Shown in pieces: positions 1-9,501 of a DNA stretch of 64,000 nucleotides. Below the pieces are notes generated by a model. The model saw only the letters and a program-made list of their open reading frames with translations. It had not been told where the DNA came from and searched no databases. Within the stretch, counting starts at the first letter, position 1; each line of letters opens with the position of its first letter. Position numbers and translations under genes: made by a program. The DNA comes from Bacteroidota bacterium. GTDB lineage: Bacteria; Pseudomonadota; Alphaproteobacteria; Rhizobiales; Hyphomicrobiaceae. The stretch spans positions 2,456-66,455 of the forward strand of contig JBLNBZ010000137.1 in NCBI GenBank assembly GCA_050260355.1. Reading direction: 5' to 3'.

Positions 1-138
1 AAACACGAGCCAAGCCCACTATCCAAAAAAGCAGCTCAAGATGGGGACAAGTCACGAACGAAACTTGTCTGTCAATCGTGCGAGACCATAAGCGGAGGGG
101 GCATACGGTGCCCCAAGGCTGGGCTGACAAGCCTTCTA
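1..138 (+). CDS. 3' end of an ORF entering from the left edge (46 codons; tail ...KLVCQSCETISGGGIRCPKAGLTSLL)
   Basis: Frame 1 is open from base 1 to TGA 136-138, 12 nt before the ATG of the next gene, and shares its AT-richer composition. CxxC plus a third Cys hints at a zinc-ribbon-like tail. Too short for a family call. Confidence 0.25.
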
Positions 139-150
139 TGAGGGTTGACC

Positions 151-1119
151 ATGGAAGTCTGGGAAAAGCACGACATCCTCTTTCACTACACAACTGGCGA
201 CGGAGTCAGGGGAATTCTTGAGTCACAAACTCTCCACGCCACCCACTACAAGTACTTAAATGACACGAATGAAATGATGCCGCTCGCAACAAGGTTGAAA
301 GAAATAGCGATGCCGAGCGTAATTGAGGCTGTAGCTGGCCAAGCATCAAAAAATGCCAGGTGGGCCGAGTTAATCAAACGTCGTGGCGGCATTGATGCCA
401 TCGTCGAATCCGAGGTTCGTACGATGATCGATGTGCTTTATCGAGTGACCTTTGGTGTTGAACGGGAACACAAATTCTTTCAGCCATATTTGGTGTGCTT
501 TTGCCACCACGCTAGCGGCTCCTTCGAGAGGGGCAATGGATTGCTCAGCCAGTGGCGCGCGTATGGTCGCGATGCAGGATACGCAATCGTTTTCGACGTG
601 AAAAAGCTGATACAGCTCCTTAGGGAGGAAGACGCGCTACACTTCTACGGCTACGGCGGTCTGGGGGATGTTGTGTATGCTGATGATCCAGATGAGTTCA
701 AGAGCGAATTCAAGGAACTGATCAAATTGGTTGGTGAGCATTTTCCTAAGTTAGCTCTGGGTCACGCGGCGAATCTCGAAGAACTGTATTCGCCCTTTGC
801 CAATGCAGCATCGCGATACAAGCATCAGGCTTTTAAGGAAGAGAAGGAGGTACGATTGTGCCTTTCGCCGCTAGATAAAGGATTGGTTGATCCGAAGAGC
901 CTCGGGTATGACAAGAAGACTGAAAAGCGAGTGTGCTACAAAAGCGGCTTTGTACCTTACATTAAGGTCTTCGAGAAAGTGGGGAAACGGCTACCCGTCA
1001 CACAGATCATCGTGGGTCCGCATATTGAGAAGCATATCCGCCGGGAGAAGCTCGCGAAATACATTGAACTGAACAAGCTTGAGATTGAGGTGGTCTGTTC
1101 TGAAACGCCATTGATTTGA
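151..1119 (+). CDS. DUF2971-family protein (function unknown)
   Basis: ORF 145..1119 (TTG 145; ATG 151 preferred). Blocks LFHYTTGDGVRGILESQTLHATHYKYLNDTNE, LLSQWRAYGRDAGYAIVFD, KEEKEVRL and IIVGP fit my memory of the DUF2971 signature. The gene is visibly AT-richer than the rest of the window. Confidence 0.8.
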   Translation: MEVWEKHDILFHYTTGDGVRGILESQTLHATHYKYLNDTNEMMPLATRLKEIAMPSVIEAVAGQASKNARWAELIKRRGGIDAIVESEVRTMIDVLYRVTFGVEREHKFFQPYLVCFCHHASGSFERGNGLLSQWRAYGRDAGYAIVFDVKKLIQLLREEDALHFYGYGGLGDVVYADDPDEFKSEFKELIKLVGEHFPKLALGHAANLEELYSPFANAASRYKHQAFKEEKEVRLCLSPLDKGLVDPKSLGYDKKTEKRVCYKSGFVPYIKVFEKVGKRLPVTQIIVGPHIEKHIRREKLAKYIELNKLEIEVVCSETPLI

Positions 1120-1307
1120 CCCTGCCGTGGGAGGCTTGTCGCGGTTCTCTGGGGTGTCGCGATGAACCCAACGAAGCCGAGCCACCTGCCGCCGCTATCA
1201 TAAGTTAGGGCTTGACGGTGCGCCTCCGTTGGCCGTTCTGAATGTCCCAGAAGCGGTCGCACCGCAAGGATCTCGTGAGGGCACGCGGCAAGAGAAGGAA
1301 CGCACCG

Positions 1308-2516
1308 ATGTCATCCCAGCCCAGCAACCAGCCGCGCCGCGCCGGCCGCCATTTCCTGCAGATCCCGGGACCCACGCCCGTTCCGGACCGCATCCTGCGG
1401 GCCATGGACATGCCCGTCATCGATCACCGCGGGCCGGAGTTTCAGAAGCTCGGCCGCCGCGTGCTCGACGGCATCAAGACCATCTTCAAGACCAAGAACC
1501 CCGTCATCGTCTATCCGGCCTCAGGCACGGGCGCGTGGGAAGCAGCCCTCAGCAATGCGCTCTCCCCCGGCGACAAGGTGCTGATGTACGAGACCGGGCA
1601 CTTCGCCACGCTGTGGAGGAACATGGCGCTGAAGCTCGGCCTCGAGCCCGAGTTCATTGCCTCCGACTGGCGCTCCGGCGCCGACGCTGCGGCAATCGAG
1701 GCGCGCCTGCGCGAGGACAAGGGCCACGCCATCAAGGCCGTGTGCATCGTGCACAACGAAACCTCGACCGGAGCCACCTCGCGCATCGACGAGGTGCGTC
1801 GCGCCATGGATGCCGCGCGCCATCCCGCGCTGCTGATGGTCGACACCATCTCCTCGCTCGGCTCCGTCGACTACCGCCACGATGAGTGGGGCGTCGACGT
1901 CACCGTCGGCGGCTCGCAGAAGGGCCTCATGCTGCCGCCGGGCCTGTCGTTCAATGCCGTCTCCGACAAGGCGCTCGCCGCCTCCAAGAGCGCGCTGGGT
2001 CGCAAGCTGTTCTGGTCGTGGGAGGAGATGATCGCCAACAACAAGAACGGCTTCTTTCCCTACACGCCCGCCACGAACCTGCTGTACGGCCTGGCCGAGG
2101 CGATCGACATGCTGCACGAGGAGGGCCTCGACAACGTCTTTGCCCGCCACAAGCGCCACGGCGAGGCGACGCGGCGCGCGGTTGCGGCCTGGGGCCTCGA
2201 GAACCTCTGCAAGGATGCCAAGTACTACTCGCCCGTGCTCACCGCCGTGCTGATGCCAGAGGGCCACGACGCCGACCATTTCCGCAAGGTCACGCTCGAA
2301 GCTTTCGACCTGTCGCTCGGCACCGGGCTCACCAAGGTTGCCGGCAAGGTGTTCCGCATCGGCCATCTCGGCGACACCAACGATCTCACCATCATCGGGG
2401 CGCTGGCGGGCGTCGAGATGGGCCTCGGCCTTGCCGGCGTGCCGCACAAACCCGGCGGCGTGACGGCTGCCATGCAGTACCTGGCCAGCGTGGCGCGTGG
2501 CGCCTCCGCGGCTTGA
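1308..2516 (+). CDS. class V aminotransferase (serine--glyoxylate / alanine--glyoxylate aminotransferase-like)
   Basis: HFLQIPGPTPVPDRILRAM...IDHRGPEF...NETSTG...GGSQKGLMLPPGLSF is typical of AGXT/SgaA-type PLP enzymes. ATG 1308 follows AGAAGGAA; the Arg-rich extension from 1242 is unlikely to be real. Confidence 0.9.
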   Translation: MSSQPSNQPRRAGRHFLQIPGPTPVPDRILRAMDMPVIDHRGPEFQKLGRRVLDGIKTIFKTKNPVIVYPASGTGAWEAALSNALSPGDKVLMYETGHFATLWRNMALKLGLEPEFIASDWRSGADAAAIEARLREDKGHAIKAVCIVHNETSTGATSRIDEVRRAMDAARHPALLMVDTISSLGSVDYRHDEWGVDVTVGGSQKGLMLPPGLSFNAVSDKALAASKSALGRKLFWSWEEMIANNKNGFFPYTPATNLLYGLAEAIDMLHEEGLDNVFARHKRHGEATRRAVAAWGLENLCKDAKYYSPVLTAVLMPEGHDADHFRKVTLEAFDLSLGTGLTKVAGKVFRIGHLGDTNDLTIIGALAGVEMGLGLAGVPHKPGGVTAAMQYLASVARGASAA

Positions 2517-2614
2517 CGCGAGCCCGGTCGTGGGGCCGCGCCGCTCAGCCTGCAAGTGCGCGCGCGGGTTCGTGCTAATATGAATGGTGAGGACAACGAG
2601 CCCTGAGGGTTTCC

Positions 2615-3082
2615 ATGCGGACAAGGTTTTCGCGCGCGGCGAGCGCAATCGCCATCATCGCTGCCACCGCGACTCTTGCGCCGGCTTCGGCGCAACAGCC
2701 CCAGCCCAAGCCGAAGCCGCCGGCCTCGCAGAAATCGGCTGCCCCGCCCAAAGCCGCGGCTCCGGCTCTTGTGGGCACCTGGGCCGGCACGGTCGGGCAG
2801 ACCGGCTCCAAGAGCTACTCGATTGCGCTGACCTTGACCGCGCAGGGCGGCGAGACCGACTATCCCGAGCTCAACTGCGGCGGCAAGCTCACGCGCGTCG
2901 GCTCGGCCGGCGGGTTCACGTTCTATCTCGAGACGATCACGCGCGGCGGTATCAAGCAGGGCGGCCGATGCATCGATGGCAGCATCACCGTCACCGCCTC
3001 CGGCGACAAGCTGGCGTGGGGCTGGGTCGGCGTGCATGAGAACCGGACGATCGTCGCACAGAGCACCCTCGCGCGCCGCTAG
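2615..3082 (+). CDS. secreted hypothetical protein
   Basis: Signal peptide MRTRFSRAASAIAIIAATATLAPASA, then a Pro/Lys/Ala-rich linker and a roughly 100-aa Gly/Thr-rich domain with two Cys. No family recognised. Confidence 0.7.
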   Translation: MRTRFSRAASAIAIIAATATLAPASAQQPQPKPKPPASQKSAAPPKAAAPALVGTWAGTVGQTGSKSYSIALTLTAQGGETDYPELNCGGKLTRVGSAGGFTFYLETITRGGIKQGGRCIDGSITVTASGDKLAWGWVGVHENRTIVAQSTLARR

Positions 3083-3128
3083 CTGCGGCGCAAGCAACAG
3101 CAAACCGACGCGCCTGAGAACGATAAGA

Positions 3129-4418
3129 ATGAGCGACCAAGCTCCGCCGGATGCGAGCCGGGCCTTCCTCCTGTCCCTGCTGTTTCTTGCCTTTGCCATG
3201 AACACCATCGGCCGCGGCATCACCGAGACCTTTGCGGTCTTCCTGCTCCCGGTCGAGAGCGGGCTCGGCGCCACGCGCGCCCAGATCACCGCGACCTACT
3301 CGACGTTCGCCATCGCCTACGGCTGCTCGGCGCCATTCGCGGGCCAGCTCATCGATCGGCTCGGCGCGCGCATCTCCTATGGCTTCGGTCTTGGCGTTCT
3401 CGGCCTCGGCTACGTCCTGGCCGGATCGGTGACATCGGTGTGGGAGTACTACATCTGCGTCGGATTGCTGGGTGGGCTCGGCTCGTCCGCGCTCGGCATG
3501 GTGGTTGCCTCGAGCCTTCTGTCGCGCTGGTTCACGCGGCGCATCGGGGCCGTCATGGCGCTGCCCTATGCGGCAGTCGGCGCAGGCATGCTGCTGCTGC
3601 CGCCGCTGACGCAGCTCCTGCTCAACCGTTACGGCTGGCGCGCAACGCACATGATCCTCGGGAGCTGCGTTCTCCTGGCGATCCCGATCGTGATGGCGCT
3701 GCCGCTCGGCCGCATGACGCGCGGATCGGAGCGGTGGCAGGCGATGCGGCGCCAGTCTGCGACGCTGCCGCAGGGGCCATGGAGCGTCGCCACCGCCATT
3801 CGCACGGGCGCCTTCTGGGGCTTGGCGGCTGCCTACTTCTGGACATCGGTCGCCGCCTACAGCGTCCTGCCGCAGTCCGTTGCCTTCCTGATCGAGCGGG
3901 GGTTCGATCCGCTCGTCGCCGCCAGCGCCTTCGGCATGACCGGCGCGCTCTCCGTGGTCGGCATCATCGCGATCGGCTGGCTCTCCGATCGCATCGGCCG
4001 GCGGCAGGCTGTCTCGCTGTCCTATGTCTTCTCCATCATCGGCACGTCGTCGCTGATCCTCGTCGGCATCACGCCATCGCTGCTGCTGGTCTACGGCTTC
4101 GTCTTGTTCTTCGGCCTCATGCAGGGCGCGCGCGGTCCCGTCATCCTGGCCTTCATCACCGTGCTGTTCCCGGGAGGCGGCGTCGGCGCCATCTTCGGCA
4201 CCATGTCGCTCGCCATGGGGCTCGGCTCGGGCATCGGCTCGCTGATCTCGGGTTGGCTGCACGAGATCACGCACGCCTACTACGCCTCGTTCCTGCTCGG
4301 TGTGCTCGGCTCGTGCATGGGGCTGTCGATGTTCTGGCTCGTGCCGAGCCTCAGGCACGAGGGCATCGGGGCGAAGGCGGCAGCGCCCGCCGCCACCTTC
4401 CACGAACGTCATTCTTGA
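3129..4418 (+). CDS. MFS transporter
   Basis: About 12 hydrophobic helices and the MFS loop motif GQLIDRLGAR. ATG 3129 lies after the stop of the preceding gene; the 2976 start in the ORF track overlaps that gene. Confidence 0.85.
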   Translation: MSDQAPPDASRAFLLSLLFLAFAMNTIGRGITETFAVFLLPVESGLGATRAQITATYSTFAIAYGCSAPFAGQLIDRLGARISYGFGLGVLGLGYVLAGSVTSVWEYYICVGLLGGLGSSALGMVVASSLLSRWFTRRIGAVMALPYAAVGAGMLLLPPLTQLLLNRYGWRATHMILGSCVLLAIPIVMALPLGRMTRGSERWQAMRRQSATLPQGPWSVATAIRTGAFWGLAAAYFWTSVAAYSVLPQSVAFLIERGFDPLVAASAFGMTGALSVVGIIAIGWLSDRIGRRQAVSLSYVFSIIGTSSLILVGITPSLLLVYGFVLFFGLMQGARGPVILAFITVLFPGGGVGAIFGTMSLAMGLGSGIGSLISGWLHEITHAYYASFLLGVLGSCMGLSMFWLVPSLRHEGIGAKAAAPAATFHERHS

Positions 4419-4442
4419 GCGCGCAAATGCCGGCGCGCCGCC

Positions 4443-5252
4443 TCAGTGCGCCATCAGGATCGGCAGCGTGCTGTGCGACAGCAAATGGCTGGTGGCGCCT
4501 CCGAAAATCATCTGCCTCAGCCGGCTTTGCGTATAGGCGCCTTTGACGATCAGATCCGCGCCGAGCTTCTTGGCCTCCGCCAGCAGCACCTCGCCAGGCT
4601 TCCTGCCGCCGTTGCCGATGCTCATCTCCCGCGCGTTGACGCCGTGCAGCGCCAGCCAATCGCAGCATTGGGCAGCCGTCGGGCCCGGAACCGTCAGCCC
4701 CTCCACGAACAGCACGGTTACCGACTTGGCCTGCTTGAGCAGCGGCAAGGCGTCGGCAGTCACGCGCGCCTGCTCGGTGCTCTGGTTCCAGGATACGACG
4801 ATGTTCTCGCCGAGGCTTGTCGGCGGTGTCGGCGGAGCGATCAGCACCGGGCGTCCGCTCTCGAACAGCCCGCCCTCGAGCGTGGTCATGCGCGGACCCG
4901 TCCCTGAGCTCGTTGGCCGGCCGAGCACCGTCACGTCATATACGCGGGCCAGGCTGCCGAGCCCCGCATCATCGATGGATGGGCCGGCACGCCACCGGTA
5001 GCGCAGCCCCTGCTTGCCCGCGAAGTACTCGTCGAATGACCTGCGCGCCTTGCCGACGAAGTCCGCATCGTTCCAGTCCGCCGGGGGAAACGTCACCGCG
5101 ACGATGGGATCGGGCGCCACAATCTCCACGTGAATCGGTCTGAGGGCCACGCCCTCCAAGGTACTTTCGAAGCGCCGCCCCAGCAGCTCCGATGTCGCAA
5201 GCACCGATGCCATGTGTTCGCCCTGGTCGGACGGAACCAGAATTGCCTTCAT
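4443..5252 (-). CDS. universal stress protein (tandem UspA domains)
   Basis: The C-terminal ADLIVKGAYTQSRLRQMIFGGATSHLLSHSTLPILMAH is the classic Usp ATP-binding end. Its length fits two Usp domains. Confidence 0.85.
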   Translation of the reverse strand: MKAILVPSDQGEHMASVLATSELLGRRFESTLEGVALRPIHVEIVAPDPIVAVTFPPADWNDADFVGKARRSFDEYFAGKQGLRYRWRAGPSIDDAGLGSLARVYDVTVLGRPTSSGTGPRMTTLEGGLFESGRPVLIAPPTPPTSLGENIVVSWNQSTEQARVTADALPLLKQAKSVTVLFVEGLTVPGPTAAQCCDWLALHGVNAREMSIGNGGRKPGEVLLAEAKKLGADLIVKGAYTQSRLRQMIFGGATSHLLSHSTLPILMAH

Positions 5253-5416
5253 TGAGGCCTCCTTCGTGACGGACTTGGCGCTGCCCTGTCCGGCTCCCTT
5301 GACCCCGACAGCCTACCATATTCGCGCCTGTACGCCCTGCCGGAACTGAACGCGGTATCTCCTCTCCGCTTGAAAAACGGATCACCGGCCCGGCAGTGAT
5401 CTTCGCCGAGGGGCGC

Positions 5417-6247
5417 TCAGAACCGGTAAAGAAGGTTGGCCGTGCCGTAGACGTCGTTCAGGGCCGGCCGGTCGCCCGTGGCCCCGACCGAGACGGACAC
5501 CTCACCCGACGGCCACTCGTAGCGGACAAAGGCCCCGGCCCGCCCGCTCTCGTAGTCGGACGCACCGCTGAGGCCACCCTCTGGGCCGATCGACAGCTGC
5601 GGCGTGAGCCGGTAGCCGAGCCGCAAGCGGCTGCCGTAGGCCTGCTCCTCGGTCTCATAGACCACATCGAGCTGACCGAAACCCTGCGTGCCGATGTTGA
5701 GCCAGGTCTCGACCGCGCCCTTGAAGGTCCAGTCGCTGCTCTGCCACACGCGAAGATCGTCCCGCTGATCCCGCCCGCTGCCGCCGTCCATAAATCCGGC
5801 CAACCCCGCGAACGCCTTCGCGGTCAGCGGCCCGGAGGAAAACTGGTAGCCCGCCAGCACCTCGCCGAACGTCACCGATCCGCGAAAGGAGGCGCCCACT
5901 TCCTTGCCGAACCAGTAGTTGCCGTAGCCGCTCGAGGCGCGCAGCCGCCAGCCGTCCTGGTACAGGTCGCTGCCGACGGCCATGGTGTAGCCGGCATAGG
6001 CGGCCCAGCCGCCGGTCCTGGCATCGACGCCGCCGGAAATCTCCTTGGTCGGCGCTCCTCGCGCAGGCGCCTCGTCAGCCCGGGCCCGCATCGGTCCGAA
6101 CGCCACCCACGCCACCGCCGCGCAACTCGCGGCCACACACGACCAACGCCAACGCCGCACCGAAGCCCCGCACCCCCTTGCGAGAGGCAGCGACCCGATC
6201 CTGGCGCTGCTGCAAATATGATGCTGCCAACCCGGAACCGGCGTCAA
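5417..6247 (-). CDS. outer-membrane beta-barrel protein, BcsS-like
   Basis: Signal peptide, alternating aromatic/Gly beta-strand pattern, and a C-terminal ...ANLLYRF with terminal Phe. It resembles proteins annotated as cellulose biosynthesis protein BcsS; that family name is from memory only. Confidence 0.65.
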   Translation of the reverse strand: MTPVPGWQHHICSSARIGSLPLARGCGASVRRWRWSCVAASCAAVAWVAFGPMRARADEAPARGAPTKEISGGVDARTGGWAAYAGYTMAVGSDLYQDGWRLRASSGYGNYWFGKEVGASFRGSVTFGEVLAGYQFSSGPLTAKAFAGLAGFMDGGSGRDQRDDLRVWQSSDWTFKGAVETWLNIGTQGFGQLDVVYETEEQAYGSRLRLGYRLTPQLSIGPEGGLSGASDYESGRAGAFVRYEWPSGEVSVSVGATGDRPALNDVYGTANLLYRF

Positions 6248-6388
6248 ACCGATTTTTCAGACAACGTGCTTTTGCGCGCCCTGCAAAAGTCGGCCGCATG
6301 CATCGCGGCGTGCGAAACATCCCAATCGCGGGCAGGACGCATTACATAGGAGGCTGAACACCGACCGAAACCACCTCGCCCCGCATCC

Positions 6389-7399
6389 GTGTCCACCCAC
6401 CGCTTCGACACCTGGCTGAGACCCACCGATGCCGGTCTCTATTGCCTGCCCGGCAAGTTCCACATCGATCCGACCCGGGCGGCGGAGCGGGCCGTCATCA
6501 CGCATGCCCATTCCGATCACGCCCGCCCGGGCCACCGCGCGGTCCTCGCCACCCCCGAGACGCTGGCCTTCATGCGCTTGCGCCTCGGCGCCGAAGCGGG
6601 GCAGTTGCAGCAGGCCGTGCCCCATGGTGAGAGGCTGCGCATCGGCGATGTCGACGTCACGTTGCGCCCTGCAGGCCACGTCCTCGGCAGCGCACAAGTC
6701 GTGCTCGACTACCGGGGCGTGCGCGCCATCATCTCGGGCGACTACAAGCGCAGGTCCGATCCGACCTGCGCGCCGTTCGAGCTGGTGCCCTGCGATCTCT
6801 TCGTCACCGAGGCGACCTTCGGCCTGCCGGTCTTCCAGCATGGACCGGACAGCGACGAGATCGCGCGTCTGCTCGCGTCGGTCGCTGCGTTTCCAGAGCG
6901 CACGCATCTCGTCGGCGTCTACAGCCTCGGCAAATGCCAGCGTCTGATCGCTCTGCTGCGCCGTGCTGGCTACGCCAAGCCGATCTGGCTGCATGGCGCG
7001 CTCGAGGCCGCTTGCGCGCTCTACGAGCAGCTCGGCGTTCCGCTCGGCCCCTTGCGCCCCGTCATCGAGGCGGAGTCCAAGCTCCCCGGCGAGATCGTGC
7101 TGTGCCCGCCATCGGCTCTCCAGGACCGCTGGTCGCGCCGCCTCACCGATCCCGTCACCGCGCTCGCCTCGGGGTGGATGCGCGTGCGCGGCCGCGCGCG
7201 CCAGTACGGCGTGGAGCTGCCGCTCGTCATCTCCGACCACGTCGACTGGCCCGAGCTCATCACCACCATCGAGGAGACCGGCGCCGGCGAGATCTGGGTC
7301 ACGCACGGCCGCGAGGAGGCGCTCGTGCACCAGATCGGACGCATGGGCCGCATCGGCCGCGCGCTCGCCCTTGTCGGCCTCGAGGAAGACCTCGAATGA
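6389..7399 (+). CDS. ligase-associated DNA damage response exonuclease (metallo-beta-lactamase / beta-CASP fold)
   Basis: GTG start. HAHSDH motif (VITHAHSDHARPGH), a C-terminal WVTHG block, and an ATGA overlap with the DNA ligase gene. Confidence 0.85.
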   Translation: MSTHRFDTWLRPTDAGLYCLPGKFHIDPTRAAERAVITHAHSDHARPGHRAVLATPETLAFMRLRLGAEAGQLQQAVPHGERLRIGDVDVTLRPAGHVLGSAQVVLDYRGVRAIISGDYKRRSDPTCAPFELVPCDLFVTEATFGLPVFQHGPDSDEIARLLASVAAFPERTHLVGVYSLGKCQRLIALLRRAGYAKPIWLHGALEAACALYEQLGVPLGPLRPVIEAESKLPGEIVLCPPSALQDRWSRRLTDPVTALASGWMRVRGRARQYGVELPLVISDHVDWPELITTIEETGAGEIWVTHGREEALVHQIGRMGRIGRALALVGLEEDLE

Positions 7400-8976
7400 A
7401 GCCCTTCGCCGAGCTCTTGGATCGCCTCGTCTACACGCCTCAGCGCAACGGCAAGCTCAAGCTGATGCAGGACTACTTCCGCGCCACGCCCGATCCCGAT
7501 CGCGGCTACGCGCTGGCGGCGCTGACCGACGGTCTGCCGTTCTCGTTCCCCGTGCGCCGCACGATCATGAGCCTCATGGAGCGCAGGCTCGACCCCGAGC
7601 TGTTCCGCCTGTCGCGCGACTTCGTCGGCGATACGGCCGAGACAGTGGCCCTGATGTGGCCCGAGCCCCGCACGCCAGGCCCGCCTCTGCGCCTCGGCGA
7701 CATCGTCGCCGAGCTCGAGCTGATGGACCGCAATGCGCTGGAGGATCGGCTCGAGGCATGGCTCGACCGCCTCGACGCCACCAGCCGCTGGGCGCTGCTC
7801 AAGCTGCTGACGGGGGCGCTGCGCGTCGGTGTCTCCGCGCGTCTCGCCAAGACCGCCGTCGCAGGCATGGCCGACAAACCCGTCGCCGAGGTGGAGGAGA
7901 TCTGGCACGGCATCGCGCCGCCCTACGTGCAGCTCTTCCGCTGGCTCGAAGGGCAGTCCGAGCGGCCCGACATCTCCGGCGCGCCGGTATTCCGCCCGCT
8001 CATGCTCTCCCACCCGCTCGAGGATACGGACTGGGAGGCCATCGACCTCGACGAGTTTGCCGTCGAGTGGAAGTGGGACGGCATCCGCGTGCAGGTCGCC
8101 TCCGGCCACGGCAAGGTGCGGCTTTACTCGCGCGCCGGCGACGACATCTCGCGCGCGTTTCCCGATCTCGTTGATGCGTTCGCCTTCAACGCCGTGCTCG
8201 ACGGCGAGCTGCTCGTCGTGCGCAACGGCGAGGTTGCGTCCTTCAATGACCTGCAGCAGCGGCTCAACCGCAAGTCCGTGACGAAGCGCATGCTGGCGGA
8301 CTTCCCCGCGCACATCCGCTTCTACGACGCGCTGGAGATCGACGGCGCCGACCTGCGCCCCTTGCCCTTCACCGAGCGCCGCGCGCATCTGGAAGCCTGG
8401 CACGCACGTGCCCGCCCGCCGCGCACCGACATCTCCGAGCTGCTGCGCCCCGGCAGCAAGCCCGCCCTCCTGCAGGTGTGGCAGGAGACGCGCGGCATGA
8501 GCATCGAGGGCCTGATGCTGAAGCGCCTGACGAGCCCCTACATCGCAGGCCGGCCGAAGGGCCACTGGTTCAAGTGGAAGCGCGCGGCCCTCACGCTCGA
8601 CTGCGTGCTGATGTACGCGCAGCGCGGCTCCGGCAAGCGCTCGTCCTACTATTCCGACTACACATTCGGCGCCTGGACCACGCACCCGGACGGGACGACC
8701 GAGCTGGTGCCCGTCGGCAAAGCCTACTCGGGCTACACGGACGCGGAGCTGCTGGAGCTCGACCGCTGGATTCGCAACAACACGGTCGACCGCTTCGGTC
8801 CGGTGCGCGCCGTGACGCCGGCGCTGGTGCTGGAGGTCGCCTTCGACGCGGTGCAGCGATCGACGCGCCACAAATCGGGCGTTGCCATGCGCTTTCCGCG
8901 CATCAATCGCATCCGCTGGGACAAACCCGCCGCCGAGGCGGACCGCCTCGAGACGCTGGTCGGGTTGATGGGGTAG
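7396..8976 (+). CDS. ATP-dependent DNA ligase (ligase-associated damage-response type)
   Basis: Adenylation motif EWKWDGIR, followed by DGELLV, and an OB-fold end AFD...RHKSGVAMRFPRI. ATG 7396 overlaps the upstream TGA (ATGA). The 6934 start in the ORF track is an out-of-gene extension. Confidence 0.9.
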   Translation: MKPFAELLDRLVYTPQRNGKLKLMQDYFRATPDPDRGYALAALTDGLPFSFPVRRTIMSLMERRLDPELFRLSRDFVGDTAETVALMWPEPRTPGPPLRLGDIVAELELMDRNALEDRLEAWLDRLDATSRWALLKLLTGALRVGVSARLAKTAVAGMADKPVAEVEEIWHGIAPPYVQLFRWLEGQSERPDISGAPVFRPLMLSHPLEDTDWEAIDLDEFAVEWKWDGIRVQVASGHGKVRLYSRAGDDISRAFPDLVDAFAFNAVLDGELLVVRNGEVASFNDLQQRLNRKSVTKRMLADFPAHIRFYDALEIDGADLRPLPFTERRAHLEAWHARARPPRTDISELLRPGSKPALLQVWQETRGMSIEGLMLKRLTSPYIAGRPKGHWFKWKRAALTLDCVLMYAQRGSGKRSSYYSDYTFGAWTTHPDGTTELVPVGKAYSGYTDAELLELDRWIRNNTVDRFGPVRAVTPALVLEVAFDAVQRSTRHKSGVAMRFPRINRIRWDKPAAEADRLETLVGLMG

Positions 8977-9014
8977 AGGGCTGTTGCGCCAGCCCCCGCC
9001 ACCCGCAGCGACCC

Positions 9015-9395
9015 CTACGCCCGCGTCCGCATGGCCGATATCGCCACCACGGCGAACACCAGGAACGACACCGCGTAGGCCGTCGACGACACGGCGGGCA
9101 CCATCTCGTACTCGGTCCGGCCCGAGTAGACCAGCCACAGCCCAACCACGAGCGCCAGGAACGAGATCTGCGCCAGCCAGAAGTGAACCTGCGATAGAAG
9201 TCGCGGCACGGCGTGCGCGTAGGCCGAGTAGAACAGGCCGAACACGGCGAAGCTCAGCCAGCCGACGACCATGATGTGCGCGTGCGTGGGCATCTGGCCG
9301 TGGTCATGGCTCATGCCCATGTGCAGGCCGAGCAGCATTCCGAGCACGCCGTAGACGAGCGCCGAGGTGAAAAACGCCTTTCCCAGGCCTTGCAT
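9015..9395 (-). CDS. small 4-TM membrane protein with His-rich loop
   Basis: From MQGLGKAFFTSALVYGVLGMLLGLHMGMSHDHGQMPTHAHIMVVGWL... there are four hydrophobic helices and an HxxxSHDH...HAH cluster that may bind metal. The upstream 72 codons of the tracked ORF lie opposite the AraC remnant and look non-coding. Confidence 0.6.
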   Translation of the reverse strand: MQGLGKAFFTSALVYGVLGMLLGLHMGMSHDHGQMPTHAHIMVVGWLSFAVFGLFYSAYAHAVPRLLSQVHFWLAQISFLALVVGLWLVYSGRTEYEMVPAVSSTAYAVSFLVFAVVAISAMRTRA

Positions 9396-9501
9396 GAGTC
9401 CCCCCCCAATCTGGTCTGCCGCCGCGACAAAGCTCGCCGGGCCACTCTCCACTACAGTCGCCCGCGGTGCGGCACAAGGCGCCTCGCTCATGCCCGCCCG
9501 C

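Noticed and set aside
5369-5385. FixK/FNR-like half-sites TTGA-N8-TCAC upstream of the universal stress protein gene
   Set aside because: The spacing does not fit the 14-bp TTGA-N6-TCAA palindrome and one half-site is imperfect.
7021-9138. 705-aa ORF antisense to the DNA ligase gene
   Set aside because: Same artefact: no recognisable domain and low-complexity Arg/Gly/Ala composition, while the sense strand has clear ligase motifs.
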